From contig QHUK01000010.1 of the NCBI GenBank assembly GCA_003222085.1, positions 67,688 through 131,687 on the forward strand: a stretch of 64,000 nucleotides of DNA. The letters run 5' to 3'. Of this stretch, positions 50,262-58,424 are shown one piece after another. The translations under genes and the position numbers were made by a program. Source of the stretch: Gemmatimonadota bacterium. Its GTDB lineage: Bacteria; Gemmatimonadota; Gemmatimonadetes; Gemmatimonadales; GWC2-71-9. The notes beneath the pieces are model-generated. The model saw nothing but the letters and a program-made list of their open reading frames with translations, did no database searches and was not told the origin of the DNA. Within the stretch, counting starts at the first letter, position 1. Each line of letters begins with the position of its first letter.

Positions 50262-50388
50262 TGAACTGGGACAAAGTCCATTACCGGCAAGGCCTTCCCA
50301 CCCCCGGGTCGTTTCTCACTGCAACCCGCCCCGTGCGCTTCCAAGATAGGGGCCGCGCCCGCCCCATACCGGTTTCCAGGAGGCATTT

Positions 50389-51147
50389 GTGACTCAACCA
50401 TCAGCTGGCGCTCCCGTCGGGAGTCTCCAGTTCGAGCGCGCCGAGCGCGACGCCGCTGCGTCCAGCCTCACCTGCGGGGGGTGTGGCCAGCCGGTTACCA
50501 CCTCGTATTACGAGGTCAACGGCAAGGTTACGTGCCAGCGGTGCCGCAATCGGATCATGGCAGGATGGAACCGCGGTTCTTCGGGCGGGCGGTTTGCGAA
50601 GGCGCTGGGACTCGGATTGGGCGCTGCCGTGTTAGGAGCGGGGATCTATTTCGGCATCGCGGCGCTGACCGGGTACGAATTCGGCCTCGTGGCGATCGTC
50701 GTCGGCGTCCTCGTGGGCGGAGCAGTGCGCACGGGTTCGAACGGCCGCGGGGGCCGGCGCTACCAGCTGCTCGCCATGTTCCTGACGTACACGGCCGTCG
50801 TGGTGACTGACTCGACGCTCATTGCCCGCGAATTGAAGAAGCAGTGGCGAGCGCGGGGAGACTCGGCTCAGGCGGCGGCCGGCTCGCCGGCCGCAGTGGC
50901 CCCTGGGCTCAACGCCGCCGCCGCCGAGACGCCGAGGACTTCGCATCTGCCGCGACCGCTCGCGGTCGCCGTCGCTCTCGGGCTGATCGTCGTGCTCGCG
51001 TACGCGGCCCCCATCATGATCGGCATTACGAGTCCGATCCACCTGCTGATCGCCGGCTTCGCGCTGTATGAGGCGTGGAAGCTCAACCGGGGTGTCGCGT
51101 TCCAGGTCACCGGACCGTACCAGGCCGCGGCTCGCCCGGCGGCCTAG
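50389..51147 (+). CDS. membrane protein with an N-terminal zinc ribbon
   Basis: GTG after AGGAGG. CGGCG...CQRC, followed by four predicted TM helices. Confidence 0.6.
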   Translation: MTQPSAGAPVGSLQFERAERDAAASSLTCGGCGQPVTTSYYEVNGKVTCQRCRNRIMAGWNRGSSGGRFAKALGLGLGAAVLGAGIYFGIAALTGYEFGLVAIVVGVLVGGAVRTGSNGRGGRRYQLLAMFLTYTAVVVTDSTLIARELKKQWRARGDSAQAAAGSPAAVAPGLNAAAAETPRTSHLPRPLAVAVALGLIVVLAYAAPIMIGITSPIHLLIAGFALYEAWKLNRGVAFQVTGPYQAAARPAA

Positions 51148-51157
51148 TTCATCGCCG

Positions 51158-52195
51158 ATGGTCGCCGACGTCCAGGGGCGGGCGCCGCGCGGCTGCCCGC
51201 ACTGCGGCACACAGATCGCACCCGTCCTGCTGGCCTGCCCATCCTGCCAGAGCCTGGTCCATTCCGACGACCTCAATCGCCTCGCCGCGGAGGCAGCGCG
51301 GGCCATTCAGGCCGGCGACGTGAGCGCCGCCCTGGCCGCGTGGCGGCAAGCGCTCGATCTCCTCCCGCCCGACTCGACGCAGCACAAGGTCGTCTCTGCC
51401 CACATTCTCGACCTCAGCCGCGCCTTGGATAGCCGGCGGAGCGGGACGAAACACCCCTCGCCCTGGGCCAAGGGGGCGACCGGCCTCGGTGCACTCGGCG
51501 CTCTCCTCTTCAAGCTCAAGTTCGCGCTGACGTTCGTACTCACGAAAGCCAAGCTGCTGCTGTTCGGCCTGACGAAGGGTGGGACGCTCTTCAGTATGCT
51601 CCTCTCGGCGGGCGTGTACTGGACGATCTGGGGCTGGAAGTTCGCGTTCGGCATCGTCCTTTCCATCTATATCCACGAAATGGGGCACGTGCAGGCGCTG
51701 CAACGCTACGGCATCAAAGCCACGGCACCCATGTTCATTCCCGGGATCGGCGCCGTGATCCGGCTGAAGCAGTACCCGACCGATGCGCGGGAGGACGCGC
51801 GGGTCGGGCTAGCCGGTCCACTCTGGGGGCTGGTTGCCGCGCTTGCGGTCTACGCGATCTATCGCATCACCAATGTCGCGGTGTGGGGCGCCATCGCGCA
51901 CTTCGGCGCCTGGGTCAACCTCTTCAATCTGGTCCCGGTGTGGCAGCTCGACGGCGCGCGCGGCTTCCGGGCCCTGACCCGTCGACAACGCTGGATCGCT
52001 GTAGCCGTCATCGCGGTGATGTGGTTCGCGACCTCCGAGGGACTGCTGGTGCTGCTCGGCGTCGCCGCCGCAGCGACGCTCGGCTTTGGTCGCGCGGCAG
52101 ATGAACCGGATGACACCGCACTGCTCCAGTATGCGTTCCTCGTGGGCATCCTGTCGCTCATGACCCGGATCGCGGTGCCGGCCACCAGGCCTTGA
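51158..52195 (+). CDS. M50 (site-2 protease) family metalloprotease with an N-terminal zinc ribbon
   Basis: CPHCG...CPSC, HEMGH inside a TM helix, and NLVPVWQLDG (an NxxPxxxLDG-like motif). Confidence 0.75.
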   Translation: MVADVQGRAPRGCPHCGTQIAPVLLACPSCQSLVHSDDLNRLAAEAARAIQAGDVSAALAAWRQALDLLPPDSTQHKVVSAHILDLSRALDSRRSGTKHPSPWAKGATGLGALGALLFKLKFALTFVLTKAKLLLFGLTKGGTLFSMLLSAGVYWTIWGWKFAFGIVLSIYIHEMGHVQALQRYGIKATAPMFIPGIGAVIRLKQYPTDAREDARVGLAGPLWGLVAALAVYAIYRITNVAVWGAIAHFGAWVNLFNLVPVWQLDGARGFRALTRRQRWIAVAVIAVMWFATSEGLLVLLGVAAAATLGFGRAADEPDDTALLQYAFLVGILSLMTRIAVPATRP

Positions 52196-52276
52196 ATGGG
52201 CGTGGGGCCCCTTCTATGTTTGCGATTCGGCGCGAGTCTGGTGGCGCCTGAGCGACGCGGGATGCCTGGAGCCTGA

Positions 52277-52549
52277 ATGCCGTACATCATCGCAGAGCCC
52301 TGCATCAATGTGAAGGATCGGTCGTGCGTGGATGTCTGCCCCGTGGACTGCATCTACGAGGGTGAGGATCAACTGTATATCCACCCGGACGAATGCATCG
52401 ATTGCGGCGCCTGCGAGCCGGAGTGCCCCGTCACTGCGATTTTCCCGGAGGAAGACACGCCCCCGCAGTGGAAGTCGTATATCGCCAAGAATCGGGACGT
52501 GTTCCAGAGCGCGAGCCCGCCCGGCAAGCCGCAGCGCAAGGGATCATAA
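52277..52549 (+). CDS. ferredoxin (7Fe FdxA-like)
   Basis: [17 protein letters not shown] and [12 protein letters not shown]. Confidence 0.9.
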   Translation: MPYIIAEPCINVKDRSCVDVCPVDCIYEGEDQLYIHPDECIDCGACEPECPVTAIFPEEDTPPQWKSYIAKNRDVFQSASPPGKPQRKGS

Positions 52550-52555
52550 CGGAAG

Positions 52556-52577
52556 CCCCGGGGTCGTCACCCCGGGG
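52556..52577. terminator. stem-loop between convergent genes
   Basis: CCCCGGGG-tcgtca-CCCCGGGG, followed by TTCTCGCTT. Confidence 0.5.
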
Positions 52578-52585
52578 TTCTCGCT

Positions 52586-53827
52586 TCAGGAGGGAAGCAC
52601 CCTCAGAAAGTCGGCCAGCAACCGGCCGGTCGCCAGGGGCTGTTCGAGGGGGGCCATGTGTCCTGCCGCGGGCACGACGTGACACTGGGCGCCGGGGATG
52701 AGCTGCGCCATGGCGCGCGCCGTATCGGGGGGCGCGATCTCGTCGTCGCTCCCCACCAGCACGAGCGTCGGCACGCGCACACCCCGGAGGGTCTCGGTGG
52801 AGTCGGGTCGGTCGCGCAACGTCCGCAACGCCCCGACGAGTCCGGGCACCGACCAACGGCGCGCCATCTCTCGCACCTGTCCGACCACCTCGGGCTGGGT
52901 GGCCTGCGTGGCCGGCGCGAGTAGCCGAGGGAGCAGCTGCTCGATCACGGCGTCCTGGCCCTCCTGCTCCGCCACTCGAGTGAGCTCCTCGCGCCCCCGC
53001 TTCGCCTCGACCGAGTCCGCCTGAGGCTTGGTATCGGCAAGGATCATCGCTTTCACCCGTCCTGGATGTCGACGCAACAGCTCGAAGATGACGTAGCCAC
53101 CCATCGAGAGCCCGCACAGCACGGCCTCCCGCACTCCGAGGGCGTCGAGCACGGCCACGAGGTCGTCGGCGTACCGCGCCAGGGAATACCCGTCCGCCGC
53201 GGATGGCGTCCCCGAGCCGCCCACTCCGCGCAAGTCCGGCGCGATGCGCCGAACCCGAGACAGCGTGGCGAGCTGGTGCCGCCACACCGTGCGATCGAAC
53301 GGGAAGCCATGCACGAACAGCACCGGCACGCCGTCGCCGCGCACATCGACGGCGAGCTCGACGTCGCCCACCGACACCCGGATCGGCTGATGCCCGCCCC
53401 CGCCCCCGCCCCCGCCCCCGGCCGACGGGCGAGGTCCGAGAAATCGGGCGATCTCGTCCGGAATCGGCGTGGCGCGACCCAATCGATCGATGCACACGAA
53501 GACCATCTCGGCCTCCGCCACCGCGGCATCGTCCGAGACCCGCCGCACCACGTGGCGCAGGGTCAGGCTGGTGGTGCCGCGCCCCACGACCGTCGTCTCC
53601 ACGCGCAGGACATCGCGCGCGAACGCCGGCGCTCGGTATTCGATCGTCGCCTTGCGCACCGCGGGCCACACGCCGTTCCGGTCGAACAGGTCCATCCCCG
53701 GACCACGAGCGAGTGCGTCCCATCGGGCGCGCTCGAGCAACGTGAGGAGCGCCGCCTGGTTCAAGTGACCGAACGCGTCGCATTCGTATGGGTACACGGT
53801 CAGCTCGACCAGCCCGAAGGGCGTCAC
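52586..53827 (-). CDS. fusion protein: 4HBT-type acyl-CoA thioesterase + alpha/beta hydrolase
   Basis: YECDAFGHLNQA hotdog motif, a poly-Gly linker, then HGFPFD and GLSMGG. GTG at 53827 overlaps the upstream stop (GTGA); ATG at 53872 is an alternative. Confidence 0.8.
   Translation of the reverse strand: MTPFGLVELTVYPYECDAFGHLNQAALLTLLERARWDALARGPGMDLFDRNGVWPAVRKATIEYRAPAFARDVLRVETTVVGRGTTSLTLRHVVRRVSDDAAVAEAEMVFVCIDRLGRATPIPDEIARFLGPRPSAGGGGGGGGGHQPIRVSVGDVELAVDVRGDGVPVLFVHGFPFDRTVWRHQLATLSRVRRIAPDLRGVGGSGTPSAADGYSLARYADDLVAVLDALGVREAVLCGLSMGGYVIFELLRRHPGRVKAMILADTKPQADSVEAKRGREELTRVAEQEGQDAVIEQLLPRLLAPATQATQPEVVGQVREMARRWSVPGLVGALRTLRDRPDSTETLRGVRVPTLVLVGSDDEIAPPDTARAMAQLIPGAQCHVVPAAGHMAPLEQPLATGRLLADFLRVLPS
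53393..53420. repeat. (CCCCCG)n hexanucleotide repeat
   Basis: Encodes the nine-Gly run in AGGGGGGGGGH linking the two domains. Confidence 0.85.
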
Positions 53828-54807
53828 GGTGCGGGCTCCGGCTGCGGAACAGGCACCGCAAACGTATGCCAAAAAACCACGCGTTGCACGTTGCGCGTTG
53901 CACGACGCATGAGAAAGGCGAAGGCTTTAGCGCCGTAGGTGGCATCCAAGACGAGGCCATGCTGCAACGCAAGCCGGCCGGCGGCCTCGCCCTCCGGTGT
54001 TGGGTGGCCGTAGCCCGGCCCCAACCCGTCCACTACGACCAGCGGGATGCGGGATGCGGGAAGCGGGATGCGGATGTCGTGACGCGCGAGGAGCCGCCGT
54101 GCGGCGTACGCGAGCCACGTCGTCCGCCAGCGGTTGGCGACGAAGATCGGCGCGACGCGGACGCCCACGATCCGGGTCGGCCAGCCCAGCGCGGCGACGG
54201 CGAGGGCGAGGCCCGCCGCCGTCCCGCCGGTACCGAGCGGGAGAACGATCGCGTCCGGCGGCGCGGCGACCTGCGAGGCGAGCTCCAACCCCCCGAGCAG
54301 CTGGCCCACCACCGCGCGGGGATGCGCGCCCCCGCCCGGAATCCAGCGACGCGGGCCGAGTGCACCTGCGCGACGCCACGCGGCGAGCACCGCGAGCGGC
54401 AGCGATCCCCTCACCCGAGCGCGAACGACGAGCGCCGCCTGCGCCCGGCAGGCGGCGGCCACGGCGCGGCTCGCGGGAGTGTCGTGCTGCGGGAACTGCG
54501 CCAGCACCGCGCGGCCGCCGACGGCGGCGGCGTGCACGGCGGTCGCGAGGCAGTGAGTCGAGCCGGTGCCGCCCAGGGTGACGAATACCGTGTCGGGCGG
54601 CGCGCCCGCAAACAAGAACTCGAGCCCGCGCACCTTGTTCCCCCCACAGGACGCGGACGCGCGATCCTCCCGCTTCAGGGCGAGCTCGGCCACGCCGATG
54701 GCGCTGGCGAGCCCAGGAGCCGGCTCGAGCGGCGTAGGCCAGTCACCCAGGCTACAAGGCGCCAGCGTCGCACGTATCTTTTCAATCAGCTGTGCCGGAT
54801 CCGACAC
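53824..54807 (-). CDS. PLP enzyme of the ACC deaminase / D-cysteine desulfhydrase family
   Basis: SCGGNKVRGLEF (PLP lysine context) and LPLGTGGTAAG. Confidence 0.75.
   Translation of the reverse strand: MSDPAQLIEKIRATLAPCSLGDWPTPLEPAPGLASAIGVAELALKREDRASASCGGNKVRGLEFLFAGAPPDTVFVTLGGTGSTHCLATAVHAAAVGGRAVLAQFPQHDTPASRAVAAACRAQAALVVRARVRGSLPLAVLAAWRRAGALGPRRWIPGGGAHPRAVVGQLLGGLELASQVAAPPDAIVLPLGTGGTAAGLALAVAALGWPTRIVGVRVAPIFVANRWRTTWLAYAARRLLARHDIRIPLPASRIPLVVVDGLGPGYGHPTPEGEAAGRLALQHGLVLDATYGAKAFAFLMRRATRNVQRVVFWHTFAVPVPQPEPAP
54044..54073. repeat. GGGATGC heptamer run / G-quadruplex motif
   Basis: GGGATGC GGGATGC GGGAAGC GGGATGC GG on the plus strand, inside the minus-strand PLP-enzyme gene. 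Confidence 0.8.
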
Positions 54808-54833
54808 CCGAAACCCCGATCCCGAGGACGCCG

Positions 54834-55004
54834 ATGCGGGTTGCCACCGACTACATCCGTCACGCCGCGCGCGCCGCCCGCAAGTGCGTGGGCGATCCGC
54901 TGGGCGGCGCCCCCCAGCCGCCGGACGCTGAATTCTACAAGACGCTCGCCAAGGCGCTCGAGGAGATCGCCGCCGGCCTGGAAGCGCTCAGCAAGGAAGA
55001 GTGA
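54834..55004 (+). CDS. small hypothetical protein (56 aa)
   Basis: ATG after GAGGA. The stop overlaps the rnd GTG start (GTGA). Confidence 0.45.
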   Translation: MRVATDYIRHAARAARKCVGDPLGGAPQPPDAEFYKTLAKALEEIAAGLEALSKEE

Positions 55005-56161
55005 GCTACATCCGCACGCCCGAAGCGCTGGCCGAAGCGATCGCGGCGCTCTCGCGGGAGCCGCTCGTCGCCGCCGATACCGAGGCGGCGAGCTTCCACC
55101 GCTACCGCGACCGGATCTTCCTGATCCAGCTGTCGAGCCCGTCTCGAACCGAGATCATCGACCCCCTGGCGGTGGCGGACCTCTCGCCCGTCGGCCAGCT
55201 GCTCGCCGATGCGAAAGTCGAGAAGATCTTCCACGACGCGGACTACGACCTGCGAATTCTCGACCGTGACTACGGATTCCGGGCGCGGCGGCTGTTTGAC
55301 ACGCGCATCGCGGCCCAGCTCGCCGGCGAGCCGGCGGTCGGCCTCGCCGCGCTCCTGGAAAAGTACGCCGGCGTGAAGCTCGCCAAGGAGCACCAGAAGG
55401 CCGACTGGTCGCGCCGCCCGCTCCCCCCCGCGATGCTCGCCTATGCGGCGGCCGATACCGCGCACCTACCGGCGCTGCGCGAGCAGCTGCGCGCCAGGCT
55501 CATCGCGCTCGGCCGGCTGATATGGGCGGAGGAGGAATTCACGCGGCTCGAAGACCTCCGTTGGACGGGCGGGGGAGGGGGGGCGCCCGACGGAGCCGGT
55601 GGAGGAGGGGCCGGAGGACCGGACGCGTTCTTGCGCGTGAAAGGGGCCAAGGCGCTCACACCCCGACAACTGGCGGCGCTGCGGGAGCTGTACCTGTGGC
55701 GCGAGGCCCTGGCCGCCGAGCAGGATCGGGCCACGTTCCGCATCATCGGGAACGATGCCCTCCTCGCCGTGGCCAAGGCCCTGCCTGGTGCACCTCCTGA
55801 GCTGAGCGGGATCGCCGCACTTCCGGCCAGCCTGGCTGCACGGTACGGCCCCGCCTTGCTCGATGGTGTGCGCCGCGCCGTCGCGCTCCCGGAGACCGAG
55901 CTGCCCCGCGTGGAGCGCGTCCCCCGCCAGGCGCGCGATCCGGCGCTCGAGGCGCGGGTCGAGCGGCTCAAGGCTGCCCGCAATCGTGCCGCGGCGGACC
56001 TGGGGCTCGATCCCGGGGTGCTCTGCGGGCGCTCGACCCTCGAAGCCGTCGCCCGCGCCCAACCGCCCCCAAACGATCGCGCCGGGCTGTCCCGTATCGG
56101 GGAGCTCCGGCGCTGGCAAATCGAGGCGTTCGGCGATGCGCTCCTCGCGGCGCTTGGTTAG
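55001..56161 (+). CDS. rnd: ribonuclease D
   Basis: DEDDy exonuclease motifs (ADTEA, HDADYDL, YAAADT) and a C-terminal HRDC-like region. Confidence 0.85.
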   Translation: MSYIRTPEALAEAIAALSREPLVAADTEAASFHRYRDRIFLIQLSSPSRTEIIDPLAVADLSPVGQLLADAKVEKIFHDADYDLRILDRDYGFRARRLFDTRIAAQLAGEPAVGLAALLEKYAGVKLAKEHQKADWSRRPLPPAMLAYAAADTAHLPALREQLRARLIALGRLIWAEEEFTRLEDLRWTGGGGGAPDGAGGGGAGGPDAFLRVKGAKALTPRQLAALRELYLWREALAAEQDRATFRIIGNDALLAVAKALPGAPPELSGIAALPASLAARYGPALLDGVRRAVALPETELPRVERVPRQARDPALEARVERLKAARNRAAADLGLDPGVLCGRSTLEAVARAQPPPNDRAGLSRIGELRRWQIEAFGDALLAALG

Positions 56162-56248
56162 GCACCCAGGCCGAAATGAGGCGAGAACGCAACGGAGGCC
56201 GGCGGCGCGACCGGGCGTCCGTAGGATGCGAGTGGGGTAGAGTCTCCT

Positions 56249-57682
56249 ATGCCGTCGTCCAACTCCGCACCACGGATGAGCGCGGCGCGGCGCACGGGCC
56301 CCGCCGTCCTCGTGTGCGTGATCGTCTTCGCATGCGAGCGTCACCTCGAGCAGGCCACCCCCGGCGCCCGAGTGGCGACGGTGGAGGTCACGCCGCCGAC
56401 GGCGACGGTGCCGGTGGGGCAGACGGTCCAGCTCACGGCGACCCCGCAGGACTCGACCGACGCGCCCCTGCCCGACCGCCCCGTCACCTGGACGAGCGAC
56501 AACCCCGCCATCGTGAGCGTGGACGTCAACGGGCTCGCGACGGGGAAGACCCCGGGCTCGGCGACGATCACGGCGACGAGCGAGGGGAAGAGCGGCGTCT
56601 CCTACATTAGCGTGACCGAGATCCCCTCGGTGCCAGTGGCGTCCGTGACCGTGAGCCCGCCCACGGCCACGGTCGAGGTGGACCAAACTGTTCAGCTGAC
56701 GGCGACGCCCAAGGACGCGAACGGGAGTCCGCTCACGGGCCGGACGGTCACCTGGTCGAGCAGCGCCACGGCGGTCGCGATCGTCAACGGGAGCGGACTC
56801 GTGACAGGAAGGGCCTCGGGCGCAGCGACGATCACGGCCACGAGTGAAGGACAGCGGGGGACGGCGGAGGTGACGGTGACCGCGCGGCCGCCGGGCAGGG
56901 GCGAGGTGCTGGTGGGGGCAGGTGACATCGCCGACTGCGGCTCGAGCGGGGCCGAGGCGACGGCGGCGCTGCTCGATGCGATCCCGGGGACGGTGTTCAC
57001 CGCCGGAGACAACGCGTACTCGAGCGGCACGGCTTCGGAGTACGCAAACTGCTACGATCCGACGTGGGGCCGGCACAAGGCGCGGACGCGCCCAGCGCCC
57101 GGAAACCACGAGTACAACACCAGTGACGCGGCGCCCTACTACGCCTACTTCGGCGCGAACGCCGGCCCGTCAGGGCGCGGGTACTACAGCTACGACCTGG
57201 GCGACTGGCACCTCATCTCGCTAAACTCGAACATCGACATGAGCGCCGGGTCCGCCCAGGAGCTGTGGCTGCGCGCCGATCTGGCGGCCACCACAAAGAC
57301 CTGCGTCCTGGCCTATTGGCACCATCCGCGCTTCAGCTCCGGGAGTCACGGGAGCTCGACCGAGTCGCAGCCGCTGTGGCAGGCGCTCTACGACTACAAC
57401 GCCGATGTCGTAGTGGTGGGTCACGACCACAACTACCAGCGGTTCGCGCCGCAGACGCCGAGCGGCGCGCCGGATCCCGTCCGAGGAATGCGGGAGTTCG
57501 TGGCCGGGACGGGCGGGCGAAGCCACTACAGCTTCTCCACGCCGATCGCGAATACGGAAGCCTACAATACCGACACGTGGGGCGTGCTCAAGCTGACGCT
57601 CGATGCCGCCTCGTACTCGTGGGAGTTCATCCCGATCGCGGGCGGCACGTACCGCGACTCGGGGACGGGGGCCTGCCATTAG
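56249..57682 (+). CDS. lipoprotein: two Big_2 domains + metallophosphoesterase
   Basis: Lipobox-like IVFAC, two segments of the VTVSP...ATITATSEG type, then GDIADCG, GDNAY, GNHEY and GHDHNYQR. Confidence 0.8.
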   Translation: MPSSNSAPRMSAARRTGPAVLVCVIVFACERHLEQATPGARVATVEVTPPTATVPVGQTVQLTATPQDSTDAPLPDRPVTWTSDNPAIVSVDVNGLATGKTPGSATITATSEGKSGVSYISVTEIPSVPVASVTVSPPTATVEVDQTVQLTATPKDANGSPLTGRTVTWSSSATAVAIVNGSGLVTGRASGAATITATSEGQRGTAEVTVTARPPGRGEVLVGAGDIADCGSSGAEATAALLDAIPGTVFTAGDNAYSSGTASEYANCYDPTWGRHKARTRPAPGNHEYNTSDAAPYYAYFGANAGPSGRGYYSYDLGDWHLISLNSNIDMSAGSAQELWLRADLAATTKTCVLAYWHHPRFSSGSHGSSTESQPLWQALYDYNADVVVVGHDHNYQRFAPQTPSGAPDPVRGMREFVAGTGGRSHYSFSTPIANTEAYNTDTWGVLKLTLDAASYSWEFIPIAGGTYRDSGTGACH

Positions 57683-57701
57683 GAGGGATCGGCTACAGCC
57701 C

Positions 57702-58016
57702 CTACAGTCCCATCAACGCCCGCACTTTGGGATCCATCCGCTCGGGCGTCCAATACGGCTCCCACACGATCTCGATGTCGACGTCCTTCACGCCTTCGAG
57801 CCCGCGCAGCACGCGGTAGGCGTCGTTCGTGATCATCGGACCCGCGGGGCAGCCGGGCGACGTGAGGGTCATTTTCACGCGCACCTCGCCGTCGGCGATC
57901 TCGACGTCGTACACGAGGCCGAGGTCGATGATGTTCATGTCGAGCTCCGGATCCTTGACCTGCCGGAGCGCGTTGCGCGCCGCCTCTGGATTGAGCGCCA
58001 CGGGTGCCGTCATCAC
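57702..58016 (-). CDS. DUF59 / SufT-like Fe-S assembly factor
   Basis: VKDPELDMNIIDLGLVY and TLTSPGCP. Confidence 0.85.
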   Translation of the reverse strand: MMTAPVALNPEAARNALRQVKDPELDMNIIDLGLVYDVEIADGEVRVKMTLTSPGCPAGPMITNDAYRVLRGLEGVKDVDIEIVWEPYWTPERMDPKVRALMGL

Positions 58017-58046
58017 CGACTCCTCTCCGCCATCCTGTTTCGGAAC

Positions 58047-58424
58047 CTAGCCGACGCCTGAGCCCCGCACCAGGCAGTGCCGTCGCCGCGCGATCCAGGC
58101 GTACACACGCCGCGCGATGGGCCGCACGCCCGGGATGCGGAAGCCCCAGGCCAACCAGCCCTTTCCGGGCAGCCGTTGCAGGAGCTCCGGGACCGCGTCC
58201 GCGCCGGAGAGGACCCGGCCGTCGGGGGGGGGGAGCACGAGATGCATCGCCGCCGCCAGAGCCGGAAGCGGGATGTTGAACGCCGCCACGCGAGCCCGAT
58301 CCTGGAACGGGACCAGCGCGATGCGATGTTCCCGGTCCCAGCGCTGGACCCAGTCGACCGAGCGTCGGCAGAAGCCGCACTCGCCATCGTAGATGAGCGT
58401 CGGGCGAGTCCGGTCAGCGCGCAT
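58047..58424 (-). CDS. DCC-family thiol-disulfide oxidoreductase (DUF393)
   Basis: LIYDGECGFCRRSV. Confidence 0.8.
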   Translation of the reverse strand: MRADRTRPTLIYDGECGFCRRSVDWVQRWDREHRIALVPFQDRARVAAFNIPLPALAAAMHLVLPPPDGRVLSGADAVPELLQRLPGKGWLAWGFRIPGVRPIARRVYAWIARRRHCLVRGSGVG

